In this document: one piece after another, positions 40,688 through 50,826 of the stretch | How the letters are laid out: every line of letters begins with the position of its first letter | How positions within the stretch are numbered: position 1 is the stretch's first letter | Assembly: GCA_045561295.1 (NCBI GenBank) | Contig: JBJKYD010000014.1 | Span: forward strand, 1-58,307 | Length of the DNA: 58,307 nucleotides | Direction of reading: 5' to 3' | From: Gammaproteobacteria bacterium | Lineage (GTDB): Bacteria > Pseudomonadota > Gammaproteobacteria > GCA-002705445 > GCA-002716945 | The notes under the pieces: generated by a model | What the model was told of the DNA's origin: nothing | The model's input: only the letters and a program-made list of their open reading frames with translations | Database searches by the model: none | Position numbers and translations under genes: made by a program

Positions 40688-41676
40688 TATGAAACCTTCT
40701 TTTTTTCTTGATAATATTTATCTTCAAATTCAATCATTCTGTTTATAGATTTTTTTGCAGATTGAATTATTGAATTACTTAATAGTATTTCATTATCACT
40801 TCTAAATATATCAATTAATTTTTGGGATGTGTTTAAATTCATCCAAGGACATCTTCCACAGCTTTTACATGTTGCCCCTTCGCCTTCAGTTGGTGCTTCA
40901 TAAAAGTTCTTATCGGGTGATAGTTTTTGCATTTGATAAAAGATACCTTTTTCTGTTGCAACAATGATATTTTTTGATTTACTATTCTTTGATGCATTTA
41001 TTAATTTTGTTGTAGAACCTACAACATCAGCAAGTTGAATAACACTTCTAGGCGACTCAGGATGCACCAAGACTTCACAATCTTCAAGTTGCTTCTTGAG
41101 CTTTTTCAACTCTATAGTTTTATATTCTTCATGAACTATACATGAGCCATCCCAAATCTTCATATCTATACCAGTTTGATCTTCTATATATGCACCAAGG
41201 TATTTATCTGGCGCCCAAATAATTTTTTTTCCTTTTCTAGCTAAGTTTTCTACGAGAGGAATTGCAATACTTGATGTTACAACCCAATCTGAAATAGATT
41301 TTACTTCCGCACTTGTGTTTGCATACACAACAACTTCTCTATCAGGATAATCACTACAAAATTCTCTAAACTCATCAACCTTACAACTTTCATCTAACGA
41401 ACATGTTGCTTCTTTATCAAGAACATATATATTTTTTTCTGGATTGAGTATTTTTGCAGTTTCTCCCATAAATTTAACACCTGCAATTATAAGGTTGGCT
41501 TCTTCCTGCTGTGAACCAAATTTTGCCATCTGCAGAGAGTCCGCAACACACCCTCCTGTATCTTCAGCGAGTTTTTGTAATTCTGCATCAACATAGTAAT
41601 GCGCTATAAGCTTAGCATTATTTTTTTTCAAAAAATCTTTAACTAGATTTAACTTTTCGTTGTAATGACTATCCAT
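40687..41676 (-). CDS. nadA: Quinolinate synthase
   Basis: AHYY, ADSL, TCSL, YANTS, CIVH, HPE, CPWM. Confidence 0.96.
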   Translation of the reverse strand: MDSHYNEKLNLVKDFLKKNNAKLIAHYYVDAELQKLAEDTGGCVADSLQMAKFGSQQEEANLIIAGVKFMGETAKILNPEKNIYVLDKEATCSLDESCKVDEFREFCSDYPDREVVVYANTSAEVKSISDWVVTSSIAIPLVENLARKGKKIIWAPDKYLGAYIEDQTGIDMKIWDGSCIVHEEYKTIELKKLKKQLEDCEVLVHPESPRSVIQLADVVGSTTKLINASKNSKSKNIIVATEKGIFYQMQKLSPDKNFYEAPTEGEGATCKSCGRCPWMNLNTSQKLIDIFRSDNEILLSNSIIQSAKKSINRMIEFEDKYYQEKKKVS

Positions 41677-43436
41677 TATTTAGGTTTATTTATTTTAATG
41701 CTTAATTCTCTCAACTGATCAGAATCAATCTCTGTAGGAGCATCAGTCAAAAGACAAGCAGATGATTGTGTTTTAGGAAATGCAATAGTATCCCTTATTG
41801 AGGTAAGATTTTTCAAAATCATTACAATCCTATCTAAGCCAAAAGCTATACCTGCATGAGGCGGGCAACCATATTCAAGTGCCTCTAGAAAAAAACCAAA
41901 TTTATTATCAATATCTTCGTTTGTGAGATTAAGTGCTTTGAAAACATCCATTTGAAGAGATTTTTTGTGTATACGTACAGAACCTCCACCTATCTCATTC
42001 CCATTAAGAGTAAGGTCATATGCTCTTGATAGTGTCTTATCACTAAAATTTGATGCCTCATCATCAGATGGTGATGTAAAAGGGTGATGAAGTGATGTTA
42101 GTTGATTGCTGTTTTTTTCATATTCAAACATTGGATAATCAATTATCCACAGGAATTTAAAATCATTAGAGACTAAATCAAGATCTTTACCAATTCTTGA
42201 TATAAGCGTAGACATAGAGCTATTAACGATATCAAGTGTATCTGCTGAGAAGAATATTAGATCACCAGACTTAGGTTTAACTATCTGTAAAATATTTTGT
42301 ATTTCATTTATGCTAAGGAATTTTTTTATAGGTGAGTTCACTCCAGATTCAATATCATCAGTATTATCTATCTTAAAATATGCTAGACCTTTCGCTCCAA
42401 AAGTTTTTACTAATTCTGTATAATCATCGATATTTTTCCTGCTCATTTGACTTCCGCCAGGAATATTAAGTGCTACTATTCTTTTTTTAGAATCATTGCT
42501 GCAGTCTTTGAAGACTTTAAATTCCGTATTTGTAAATATAGTTGTTATATCATTTAATACCAGAGGATTTCTTAAATCTGGTTTATCACATCCATATTTA
42601 TTCATAGATTCTTTGTAAGTCATCCTTGGGTAATCTAGTTTTATATTCTCTTGAATAAGTGATGAAAATATTTTATTCATGAGAGATTCAGATAATTCCA
42701 TAACTTGCTCCTCATTGTAGAAAGAACATTCGATATCCAATTGAGTGAACTCTGGTTGTCTATCTGCTCTTAAATCTTCATCACGAAAACATTTTGCAAT
42801 TTGAAAATATTTATCAAGCCCTGAGATCATTAACATCTGTTTAAATAATTGTGGTGATTGTGGTAGTGCAAAAAAGTTGGATTTATGTACACGACTCGGT
42901 ACTATGTAATCCCTAGCGCCCTCTGGCGTAGGTTTTGTTAATATAGGAGTTTCTATTTCATTAAATTCATTTTCACTAAGGTGATTACGAATTATGTTAT
43001 AAAGTTTAGATCTAAATCTAAGATTATCTTGCATTTTCGATCCACGAAGATCGATATATCTATATTGTAACCTAAGGTCCTCATTAGTTTTTTCATCATT
43101 TATTTTAAATGGAGGAGTTTTTGAAGTATTAAGTATTACTAATTCATCAGCTATTAATTCAACTTCACCCGTTAGCATTTCTTTGTTGGCTGTACCATCG
43201 AGTCTTTTTTTAATGCTCCCTTTTATTTCAAGAACATATTCTGTTCTAAGGTTTTGGGCCTGCTCAAATACTTTCTTATTATCAGGATTGAAAACGACTT
43301 GAAGAATACCAGTATGATCCCTCAAATCAATAAAAATTACACCGCCGTGATCTCTTCGTGTGTTGACCCAGCCATTAACTACTAGATTGTTGTTGATAGC
43401 TTTATTATCAACACTTCCGCAGTATGTTCTATTCAT
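41676..43436 (-). CDS. aspS: Aspartate--tRNA ligase
   Basis: RRDHGGVIFIDLRD, PEGARD, PQSPQLFKQ, FRDEDLRADRQPEFTQ, GLDR. Confidence 0.98.
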   Translation of the reverse strand: MNRTYCGSVDNKAINNNLVVNGWVNTRRDHGGVIFIDLRDHTGILQVVFNPDNKKVFEQAQNLRTEYVLEIKGSIKKRLDGTANKEMLTGEVELIADELVILNTSKTPPFKINDEKTNEDLRLQYRYIDLRGSKMQDNLRFRSKLYNIIRNHLSENEFNEIETPILTKPTPEGARDYIVPSRVHKSNFFALPQSPQLFKQMLMISGLDKYFQIAKCFRDEDLRADRQPEFTQLDIECSFYNEEQVMELSESLMNKIFSSLIQENIKLDYPRMTYKESMNKYGCDKPDLRNPLVLNDITTIFTNTEFKVFKDCSNDSKKRIVALNIPGGSQMSRKNIDDYTELVKTFGAKGLAYFKIDNTDDIESGVNSPIKKFLSINEIQNILQIVKPKSGDLIFFSADTLDIVNSSMSTLISRIGKDLDLVSNDFKFLWIIDYPMFEYEKNSNQLTSLHHPFTSPSDDEASNFSDKTLSRAYDLTLNGNEIGGGSVRIHKKSLQMDVFKALNLTNEDIDNKFGFFLEALEYGCPPHAGIAFGLDRIVMILKNLTSIRDTIAFPKTQSSACLLTDAPTEIDSDQLRELSIKINKPK

Positions 43437-43437
43437 T

Positions 43438-43650
43438 TTATGTATCCGTTTTTTTTGTACTTGGTTTCTTAGTTTTAAAATCAGTCTCATACCAGCCTGA
43501 GCCTTTAAGTCTGAAACCTGATGATGATACTAGTCTTTGTACTTTACCATCGTTACCACACTTACAATTAGTAAGCTTATTTTCAGATATTTTTTGAATC
43601 ACTTCGAATGTCTCTCCGCAATCCACACATTTATATTCGTATATCGGCAT
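43438..43650 (-). CDS. FmdB family zinc-ribbon protein
   Basis: MPIYEYKCVDCG, FRLKGSGWYETDF; upstream of aspS. Confidence 0.93.
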   Translation of the reverse strand: MPIYEYKCVDCGETFEVIQKISENKLTNCKCGNDGKVQRLVSSSGFRLKGSGWYETDFKTKKPSTKKTDT

Positions 43651-43726
43651 AATTATTGACTAAAATCATTTATGATTATTGAAATATTATACAAAAAAAA
43701 TCTTCTTTTATCTCTTTTAAATTTAA

Positions 43727-43735
43727 TGCTATAAT
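43727..43735 (+). promoter_or_regulatory. Extended -10 promoter element for the cytochrome c pair
   Basis: Perfect TGnTATAAT (TGCTATAAT) 12 nt upstream of ATG 43748. Confidence 0.55.
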
Positions 43736-43747
43736 GCCACAAATTTT

Positions 43748-44053
43748 ATGAAAGCCATACTTAAAAGCCTTATATTATTAATACTCACTACATCACATAT
43801 TCATGCAGACGAATACACTGGTAAGGAAAAATCAGAGACTTGTGTCGGCTGCCATGCAATAGAAGGATACAATAATACTTATCCTACATATAAGGTTCCT
43901 AAATTAGGTGGTCAACATGCTGATTACATTATATCGGCACTCAAATCTTATCAAAATGGTGATCGCAATCATCAAACTATGCATGCTAATGCATCAGGAT
44001 TATCTGATCAAGATATCATTGATATAGCTAACTACTTTGAGTCAATTAAATAA
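43748..44053 (+). CDS. Monohaem class I cytochrome c (c553/c4 half)
   Basis: Signal peptide, CVGCH, PKLGGQ, distal Met. Confidence 0.92.
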   Translation: MKAILKSLILLILTTSHIHADEYTGKEKSETCVGCHAIEGYNNTYPTYKVPKLGGQHADYIISALKSYQNGDRNHQTMHANASGLSDQDIIDIANYFESIK

Positions 44054-44376
44054 TGAGAAACTTGGTTATCATATGCTTCACACTTTTAGTGAGTAACATT
44101 GTCATAGCAGATAGTAGTTATGATAGAGGTAAAGAAAAATCAGTAACTTGCTCGGCTTGTCATGGAACAGATGGTAATAATGATAATAAGATGTATCCCC
44201 GACTAGCAGGCCAATATAAAAATTATCTTATACATGCTCTTAATTCATATAAGAGTGGTGAGAGAAAAAATGCGATTATGAGTGGTTTTGCTGCAGGTTT
44301 ATCAAGTCAAGATATAGTAGATCTATCAACATATTATTCAAAACAGAAAGGTTTGAATATAATACCTAAGAATTAA
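44053..44376 (+). CDS. Monohaem class I cytochrome c (c553/c4 half)
   Basis: Signal peptide, CSACH, PRLAGQ, RKNAIM. Confidence 0.92.
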   Translation: MRNLVIICFTLLVSNIVIADSSYDRGKEKSVTCSACHGTDGNNDNKMYPRLAGQYKNYLIHALNSYKSGERKNAIMSGFAAGLSSQDIVDLSTYYSKQKGLNIIPKN

Positions 44377-47300
44377 TTATCTTTTTCTATTAGTAAATAT
44401 AATGCTGGTATTAAGTAGAGCGTGATAAATGATGCTAGGGCAATCCCTCCAAAGACAACTACTGCCATTGCAAAACGACTTTCTGCTCCTGCACCAGAAC
44501 TTATAATCAATGGTATTGATCCTAATAATGTTGATATTGTTGTCATGATTACTGGTCGAAATCTTATGATTGATGATTCAATTATAGCTTTTGATATTTT
44601 CACTCCTTCATCTTTAAGCTGATTGGCAAACTCTACAACCAGTATGCCATTTTTAGCTATCAGTCCAATCAGCATAAGAAATCCAATTTGACTATATACA
44701 TTCAATGATCCTCCTGTAACAAATAGGGAATAAATTCCAGCTGTCATAGTTATCGGTACGGTTAAGATAATTATTAGAGGATTTCTAAAACTCTCGAACT
44801 GCGCTGATAAGACCAGATAGACTACTAATATAGCAAGAAGAATTGTTAGTTCTAATTTATAACCTGTTTCATAATACTCCTTTGATGCTCCTGCATATGA
44901 TATTTTTGCGTTTGAGGGAAGAATATCAGATGAGGCTTTAGATAATTCATCTAGAATGACTCCAAGGGATGATCCTGGCGCTATGCTTGAAGATAGTGTA
45001 ACAGATGGTAATCTATTAATACGTTTAAGACTTTTGCTAGTGGCTTCAACAGAATTTGTAACTAAGTTACTCAGAGGTATAAGCTCTTTAGTAAGGCTAG
45101 ACTTAATGTAGATATTGTCAAGATTCGATACATCAACTAAATATTTATCGTCTGCTTTCACTACTACGTTATAAGTTAAACCGTCTTTAGAAAATTTTGT
45201 AACTTTGCGTGATGCATAAAGAGCATCTAATGTAGTTGCAATATCATCAGCAGATACACCAAGATTTGAAGCAGCGTCCCTATTGATTTTTAAATTTATC
45301 CGAGGTTTATCAACCTTATAATCGATTCTTGCACTTCGAAGACCAATATCTTCAGAAATATTTTTTATACTTTTCCCCCACTCTCCCACCTGATCATAAT
45401 TTGTTCCGCTTATAACAAAACGAACGGGGGATTTAAAAGGGCTTTGGCCAAGACTAGGTGGATTAATCGTAAAAATCATTGCACCAGGCATTGAAATTAA
45501 TTTTGGAAATATTTCTCTGACTATTTCTCTTTGATGTCTTCGATCTTCCCAAGGGGTTAAAGATGCGAATATAAATGCAGAATTAACATTACCAGGTTGT
45601 CCAGAAAATCCTGGTGCTACAATCGCAAAAACAGTTTTAATTTCTCCTTTGTTGACATATTCCTCTAAGACATTTTCAACTTTTTTTACCATGTTGTCTG
45701 TGTAATCTAAAGATGATCCCTCTGGGGCATTAACGGAAACTATGAAAATACCTCTATCTTCAGATGGCGCAAGTTCTTTAGGTAGAAACTGAAATAGTAA
45801 AACAGATATTATAATAAAAATTATTGTAACAGAATAAACTATTTTAGGTTTATTTTGTGAAGCGAGTAGTGATGCTTCATAAAATTTTTTAAATTTAATA
45901 AATAGCTTTCTTTCAGATTGATCTTCATCTTTTTTAAGAAGCTTGGAGCACATCATAGGTGTCAATGTTAGTGCAACAAAACTAGAGATGATCACGGCAA
46001 AGGATAATACGACACCAAATTCTATGAATAATCTACCTGTCTTACCTCCCATAAAAGATAACGGTAGAAATACACTTACAAGTACGAGCGTTGTAGCAAT
46101 TACAACAAATGTTATCTGTTTAGCTCCGTTAATAGCTGCTGTATAATTATCTTCCCCATTTTCTATTCTTCTTTTTATATTTTCCATTACAACAATGGAA
46201 TCATCTACAATTAAGCCTATAGCTAACACTAGTGCCAGAAAAGTTAATACATTAAGTGAATAACCAAAAACATGAATAATGAAAAATGTTCCTATGATTG
46301 ATATTGGAATAGTTACAGCAGGAATAATTGTTGCTGCCTTTGATGATAAAAAATAATAAACAATTAAAATAACTAAAATCATAGAGACCGTTAAAGCAAA
46401 CCTTATTTCATTAATCGATTCATTGACAAATTTAGATTGATCATAGCCTATACTCATATCTATGCTTTCAGGAAGGGAGGGTCTTATAAGTTCTAATTCA
46501 TCTTTAATATTATTCGCTACATCTAGAACATTAGATTTTGTCTGTCTTACGATCCCTAGACCAATAGCGCTTTTTTTATTTGCTCTTAGAAAACCCCTTT
46601 CAGATTCAGGTCCTATTTCTATTTTTGCAACATCTGACAAAAGAATTTTTGAATCCCCAAAATGTCTGATAACAATTTTACTATATTCATCTAAAGTTTT
46701 AAGTTTTGAGTCTAGCTTAAGCCCAACTTCACGTTCGTTTGATTCAAATCTGCCAGCGCCTCTTTCAATATTTTCATTTTTTATTGCTCTAATTACATCG
46801 ACGATGGTTAGTTGCCGTGAAGCAATTTGCTCCGGGTCCATCCATATCCTTATTGAATATTTCCTCTCCCCTCCGATGGTTATCGAAGCAACACCTGGTT
46901 GTATCGATAATCTATCAACAATATTTCTATCTAAATAATCATTAAGTTGAATAGATGTAAGAATATCGCTAGAGAAGCCAATCCACATGATTGCTCGAGC
47001 ATCAGAATCTGATTTAGCAATACGAGGATTATCAGCATCATCCGGAAGCAAAGCAGCGATTCTTGAGACCTTATCTCTTACATCATTGGCGGCGGTGTCT
47101 AAATTAGTTTCTAGAGTGAACTCTACTCGTATTTTAGATAATTCATCTCTACTTTCAGATGTAATTTCTCTAATGCCAGATATTCCTGAGAGACTATCTT
47201 CAATGATTTCAGTAACATCTCTTTCTAGTATCTTCGACGATGCGCCAGTGTAAATTGTTGTAACTGTTACGACTGGTCTATCAATATCAGGATACTCTCT

Positions 47301-47402
47301 GATAGTTAGTTTGTCATATGAGGCTAAACCAATCAAAATTACAAACAAACTTAAAACAGCTGCAAAGACAGGACGATTGACAGTGACTTCAGATATATGC
47401 AT
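44373..47402 (-). CDS. RND efflux permease (HAE1/AcrB family)
   Basis: REYPDID, GLIVDDSIVVMENI, GLIAKNGILVVEFA, RFRPVIMT. Confidence 0.95.
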   Translation of the reverse strand: MHISEVTVNRPVFAAVLSLFVILIGLASYDKLTIREYPDIDRPVVTVTTIYTGASSKILERDVTEIIEDSLSGISGIREITSESRDELSKIRVEFTLETNLDTAANDVRDKVSRIAALLPDDADNPRIAKSDSDARAIMWIGFSSDILTSIQLNDYLDRNIVDRLSIQPGVASITIGGERKYSIRIWMDPEQIASRQLTIVDVIRAIKNENIERGAGRFESNEREVGLKLDSKLKTLDEYSKIVIRHFGDSKILLSDVAKIEIGPESERGFLRANKKSAIGLGIVRQTKSNVLDVANNIKDELELIRPSLPESIDMSIGYDQSKFVNESINEIRFALTVSMILVILIVYYFLSSKAATIIPAVTIPISIIGTFFIIHVFGYSLNVLTFLALVLAIGLIVDDSIVVMENIKRRIENGEDNYTAAINGAKQITFVVIATTLVLVSVFLPLSFMGGKTGRLFIEFGVVLSFAVIISSFVALTLTPMMCSKLLKKDEDQSERKLFIKFKKFYEASLLASQNKPKIVYSVTIIFIIISVLLFQFLPKELAPSEDRGIFIVSVNAPEGSSLDYTDNMVKKVENVLEEYVNKGEIKTVFAIVAPGFSGQPGNVNSAFIFASLTPWEDRRHQREIVREIFPKLISMPGAMIFTINPPSLGQSPFKSPVRFVISGTNYDQVGEWGKSIKNISEDIGLRSARIDYKVDKPRINLKINRDAASNLGVSADDIATTLDALYASRKVTKFSKDGLTYNVVVKADDKYLVDVSNLDNIYIKSSLTKELIPLSNLVTNSVEATSKSLKRINRLPSVTLSSSIAPGSSLGVILDELSKASSDILPSNAKISYAGASKEYYETGYKLELTILLAILVVYLVLSAQFESFRNPLIIILTVPITMTAGIYSLFVTGGSLNVYSQIGFLMLIGLIAKNGILVVEFANQLKDEGVKISKAIIESSIIRFRPVIMTTISTLLGSIPLIISSGAGAESRFAMAVVVFGGIALASFITLYLIPALYLLIEKDN

Positions 47403-48307
47403 TAATTTTCAATAATTTTAATTTTAGAACCATCTTTGAGTTTTTCATGACCTAAAGTTACCACCATGTCGTTAGATTTTAGTCCACTAAGAATCTGTAT
47501 CATGCCATTACTGGTAATACCAAGATTTACTTTTTTTAGTTTTGCAACGTTTTCATCAATGACAAATACGTAGCTGTAGTCTTTAGATGTAAGGACTGAT
47601 TCTTCAGGAATCAACATAGTATCTTTAATTTCTTCAAGAATTATATCAATATTAATTAATAAACCGGGCCGAAGATTTTTATTTTTATTATCAATTATCG
47701 CATATGCTCTTATGGTACGTGAGTCTCTATTAACTCTTTGATCGATATTTGAAATAACACCAAAATATTTCTCTTCAGGGAAAAGTTTTGAGCTGGCTAT
47801 ATATTTAATATTTTGTGATATTTGTGGCAAGATTTTCTCAGGCAAATAAATAAATGCTTTCATGGAGGACATGTCATCGAGTGTTAACAAAAGATCACCA
47901 TTTTTCAATTTGTCACCTACTTTATAATCTGTTAGCCCTACATATCCATCGAATGGTGCAGTGATTGATATTTCACCGATTGAAGATGTAGATAAAATGG
48001 AAAAAAGTTTATCCCCTTTTTCTACAAAAGAGGATTCTTTGAAGAATATTTCATTAAGAATACCATCAGTTTTTGAAACAACATTGTATGATTTTTTTGC
48101 TTCTATAACAGATGTTGCTGGATAAATTTTATTTATTGAATCAATTTTGACCTCTTCTGCTGCAACCGATGTTATTCTAGTTTGATTTGCAAAAGATTTA
48201 TAAAATTGTATTTTTGTATAAAGATTAAAAGCTCCATATAAAAGACCAACAATTACGATGGCTGCTATTATTTGGAATGCTTTTAGTCTTTTAAAATAAT
48301 CTAGCAT
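47402..48307 (-). CDS. RND periplasmic adaptor (MFP), short form
   Basis: N-terminal TM, VEKGDKL / ITAPFDG lipoyl halves, LRPG, IPEESV, GLKSND.VV. Confidence 0.88.
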   Translation of the reverse strand: MLDYFKRLKAFQIIAAIVIVGLLYGAFNLYTKIQFYKSFANQTRITSVAAEEVKIDSINKIYPATSVIEAKKSYNVVSKTDGILNEIFFKESSFVEKGDKLFSILSTSSIGEISITAPFDGYVGLTDYKVGDKLKNGDLLLTLDDMSSMKAFIYLPEKILPQISQNIKYIASSKLFPEEKYFGVISNIDQRVNRDSRTIRAYAIIDNKNKNLRPGLLINIDIILEEIKDTMLIPEESVLTSKDYSYVFVIDENVAKLKKVNLGITSNGMIQILSGLKSNDMVVTLGHEKLKDGSKIKIIEN

Positions 48308-49026
48308 TATCTTTTAAACCATATTAAAGAAATAAATCTTCCTGTTATTTTATTTTTTCTATAAGAAAAAAGTCTGTTGTCCTTGCAAGTGCAAGCTGGT
48401 GATATTGTAACATCAGTTATCCCTATTTTACGTAAAATATCATAGGCAATATTTTTAATATCCATATTATATTTACCGCTTTTATTGTGCTTGAAATGTG
48501 AAGTATGCCCTGGGAAAGATCTTAAAATATCACTGTCGACCTCATACATATCTCTGCTAATAGATGGTCCAATAAGAACCTTCAAATCTGAGCATTTACT
48601 AAAAAAAATGTTATCAAAGAATTTCTCAATGATATTTGATTTTAAACCTCTCCAACCAGCATGGATACATCCAATGAAAGTACCTAATTTATCAGTAACT
48701 AATAATGGTATACAATCAGCGGTCAGCACAGCACATGCAATTTTCTTGTTTCTTGTAAAGATACCATCCGTATTTGTATAATTCTTATAATAGATGAGCT
48801 CTTTTGTTTTATTCGTATGCAACTGATTCATAAAAGCAATATTATTAATTGAGTACAAATTTTTTAAATCGTTGATATTTGATTTAACAGCATTTTCTTT
48901 ATCTCCGACATTAAATGAAAAGTTTGCATATTTATATTGATTTCTACTGTACCCCTTTTCATTAGAAGATATAAAGTATCCTATATTTTCAGGAATGCTC
49001 CAATGTGTTTTATATTCTTTAATCAT
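48307..49026 (-). CDS. pgeF: PgeF/YfiH family protein
   Basis: NQLH, TADCIP, HAGWRG, GPSI, FSYR; follows rluD. Confidence 0.93.
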   Translation of the reverse strand: MIKEYKTHWSIPENIGYFISSNEKGYSRNQYKYANFSFNVGDKENAVKSNINDLKNLYSINNIAFMNQLHTNKTKELIYYKNYTNTDGIFTRNKKIACAVLTADCIPLLVTDKLGTFIGCIHAGWRGLKSNIIEKFFDNIFFSKCSDLKVLIGPSISRDMYEVDSDILRSFPGHTSHFKHNKSGKYNMDIKNIAYDILRKIGITDVTISPACTCKDNRLFSYRKNKITGRFISLIWFKR

Positions 49027-49966
49027 TATTTTCTATAATCAGTTCATTCAATAGCAAACTATATTCTTTTGGATAATCAGCGGTATAAGTTTTTAATTTG
49101 TTCGTTTTAGGGTCATTGAAAGACAGTGAATATGAATGTAAATATTGCAAAAATAATGGGTCTATAGTTTTTGTAAGATTTAAGTTTTTAGTAAAAAAAT
49201 TTTTTTTATAACCGTACGTTGTGTCTCCTATTACAGGATTATTCAAATGAGATAAGTGGACTCTAATCTGATGAGTTCTGCCTGTAATAAGCTCGACCTC
49301 TACATGAGATGCTCTTTTAAATTTAGTTAATGGTTTTATTTTAGAGATTGCTTGTCTACCATTTGACTGGATAGACATTTTTTTTCTATTTACAGGATGT
49401 CTTCCAATTGGCTCATCTATTACAGTGGGTTTATCAATATTTCTTATAACCAAGGCATGATATAGTTTTGTAAATTTTTTATTTTGAAGTTGCTGACTTA
49501 AAAAATTATGTGACGCTAGATTTCTGCAAACCACTAATATCCCAGAAGTATCTTTATCAAGTCTATGGATAATTCCTGTTCTAGGTACTTTAGACAGTTC
49601 AGGATATTTATAATAGAGTCCATTTTGTAACGTCCCAGAATAATTGCCAGGAGCTATATGAGTTACAATGCCTGATTTTTTATTTACGACGATATAATCA
49701 TCAGTTTGATCTATAATATCAATATCCATTTTCTCTGCAGCTAAATTCATTGATGGTTGCGATTTTATAGAAATAGATACATTACAGCTCTCGGTCAATT
49801 TCTCCTTTTGACTACACGTTTTTCCATTAATTAAAATATCATTGTTACTTATCCATTTTTGTATGGTTGATCTCGAATATTCGGGAAAATGAATAGCCAA
49901 AAGCTTATCAATTCTTTCTGGCATGTCTACTTCTAATCTAAAATCGTAAATGTGAGAATCATTCAT
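49019..49966 (-). CDS. rluD: 23S rRNA pseudouridine synthase RluD
   Basis: S4 domain, HRLDKDTSG, TGRTHQIRVH; divergent from bamD. Confidence 0.92.
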   Translation of the reverse strand: MNDSHIYDFRLEVDMPERIDKLLAIHFPEYSRSTIQKWISNNDILINGKTCSQKEKLTESCNVSISIKSQPSMNLAAEKMDIDIIDQTDDYIVVNKKSGIVTHIAPGNYSGTLQNGLYYKYPELSKVPRTGIIHRLDKDTSGILVVCRNLASHNFLSQQLQNKKFTKLYHALVIRNIDKPTVIDEPIGRHPVNRKKMSIQSNGRQAISKIKPLTKFKRASHVEVELITGRTHQIRVHLSHLNNPVIGDTTYGYKKNFFTKNLNLTKTIDPLFLQYLHSYSLSFNDPKTNKLKTYTADYPKEYSLLLNELIIENND

Positions 49967-49974
49967 GCTATAAT
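49966..49974 (+). promoter_or_regulatory. Extended -10 promoter element for bamD
   Basis: TGCTATAAT 9 nt upstream of ATG 49984. Confidence 0.55.
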
Positions 49975-49983
49975 GATATAACG

Positions 49984-50826
49984 ATGAGAAAATATAATCT
50001 TTCATTTGTTGTCCTTATATTGCTGATATTACAGAGTTGCGCATACTTTAATAAGGTGACAATTGATCCATATAAAAGCATGAGCGAAGCTGAACTTTAC
50101 GAACAGGGTTCTGTATTTCTTGCAAATGCGGATATACCGTCTGCAGTTAATGTATTTGGAACTTTAGAAGCTAGATTTCCATTTTCAACTTATGCACAAC
50201 AATCTATATTAGATTTGGCATTTGCGTATTACGATTTTGGACAAAAAGATGAAACTATAGCGGAATGTGATAGATTTATTGATCTTTATCCAAACCACCC
50301 TAATCTAGATTATGCATTCTACTTAAGGGCATTATCAAATTTAGAAAAAGGACAACCATTTTTTCAAGAAATATTGGGGCAAGATGTTTCAAAATATGAT
50401 GTCACAAGACTTAAAGAAGCTTATGATGATTTTCTTCTTGTTACAAATAGATTTAAAGGAAGTAAATATGCGGAAGATGCAAGCAATCGACTAATTTTTC
50501 TCAGAGATAGTATGGCAAAACATGAAGTTTATGTAGCGAGTTATTATTTAAAAAGAGGCGCATATTTAGCCTCTAGTGAGAGAAGTAAATACATGCTTGA
50601 AAAGTATCCTGGTGCACCAGCAACCAAGGATGCATTGATTATTTTAATTGAAAGTTATAACAAACTTGAAATGATTGACCTTGCAAAATCAACTGCAGAT
50701 GTGCTGAGTCAAAACTTCTCAAACTATTCTTATATGATAAATGAAAATAAAATGGTTATTATCAAAGATAGTACTAAAAAGGATGTTATAGAGAAAAAAT
50801 CATTTTTTGACTTAGGTTTATTCTAG
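49984..50826 (+). CDS. bamD: Outer membrane protein assembly factor BamD
   Basis: Lipobox LQS-C, RFPFSTYA, DRFIDLYPNHPNLDYA, YYLKRGAY. Confidence 0.95.
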   Translation: MRKYNLSFVVLILLILQSCAYFNKVTIDPYKSMSEAELYEQGSVFLANADIPSAVNVFGTLEARFPFSTYAQQSILDLAFAYYDFGQKDETIAECDRFIDLYPNHPNLDYAFYLRALSNLEKGQPFFQEILGQDVSKYDVTRLKEAYDDFLLVTNRFKGSKYAEDASNRLIFLRDSMAKHEVYVASYYLKRGAYLASSERSKYMLEKYPGAPATKDALIILIESYNKLEMIDLAKSTADVLSQNFSNYSYMINENKMVIIKDSTKKDVIEKKSFFDLGLF

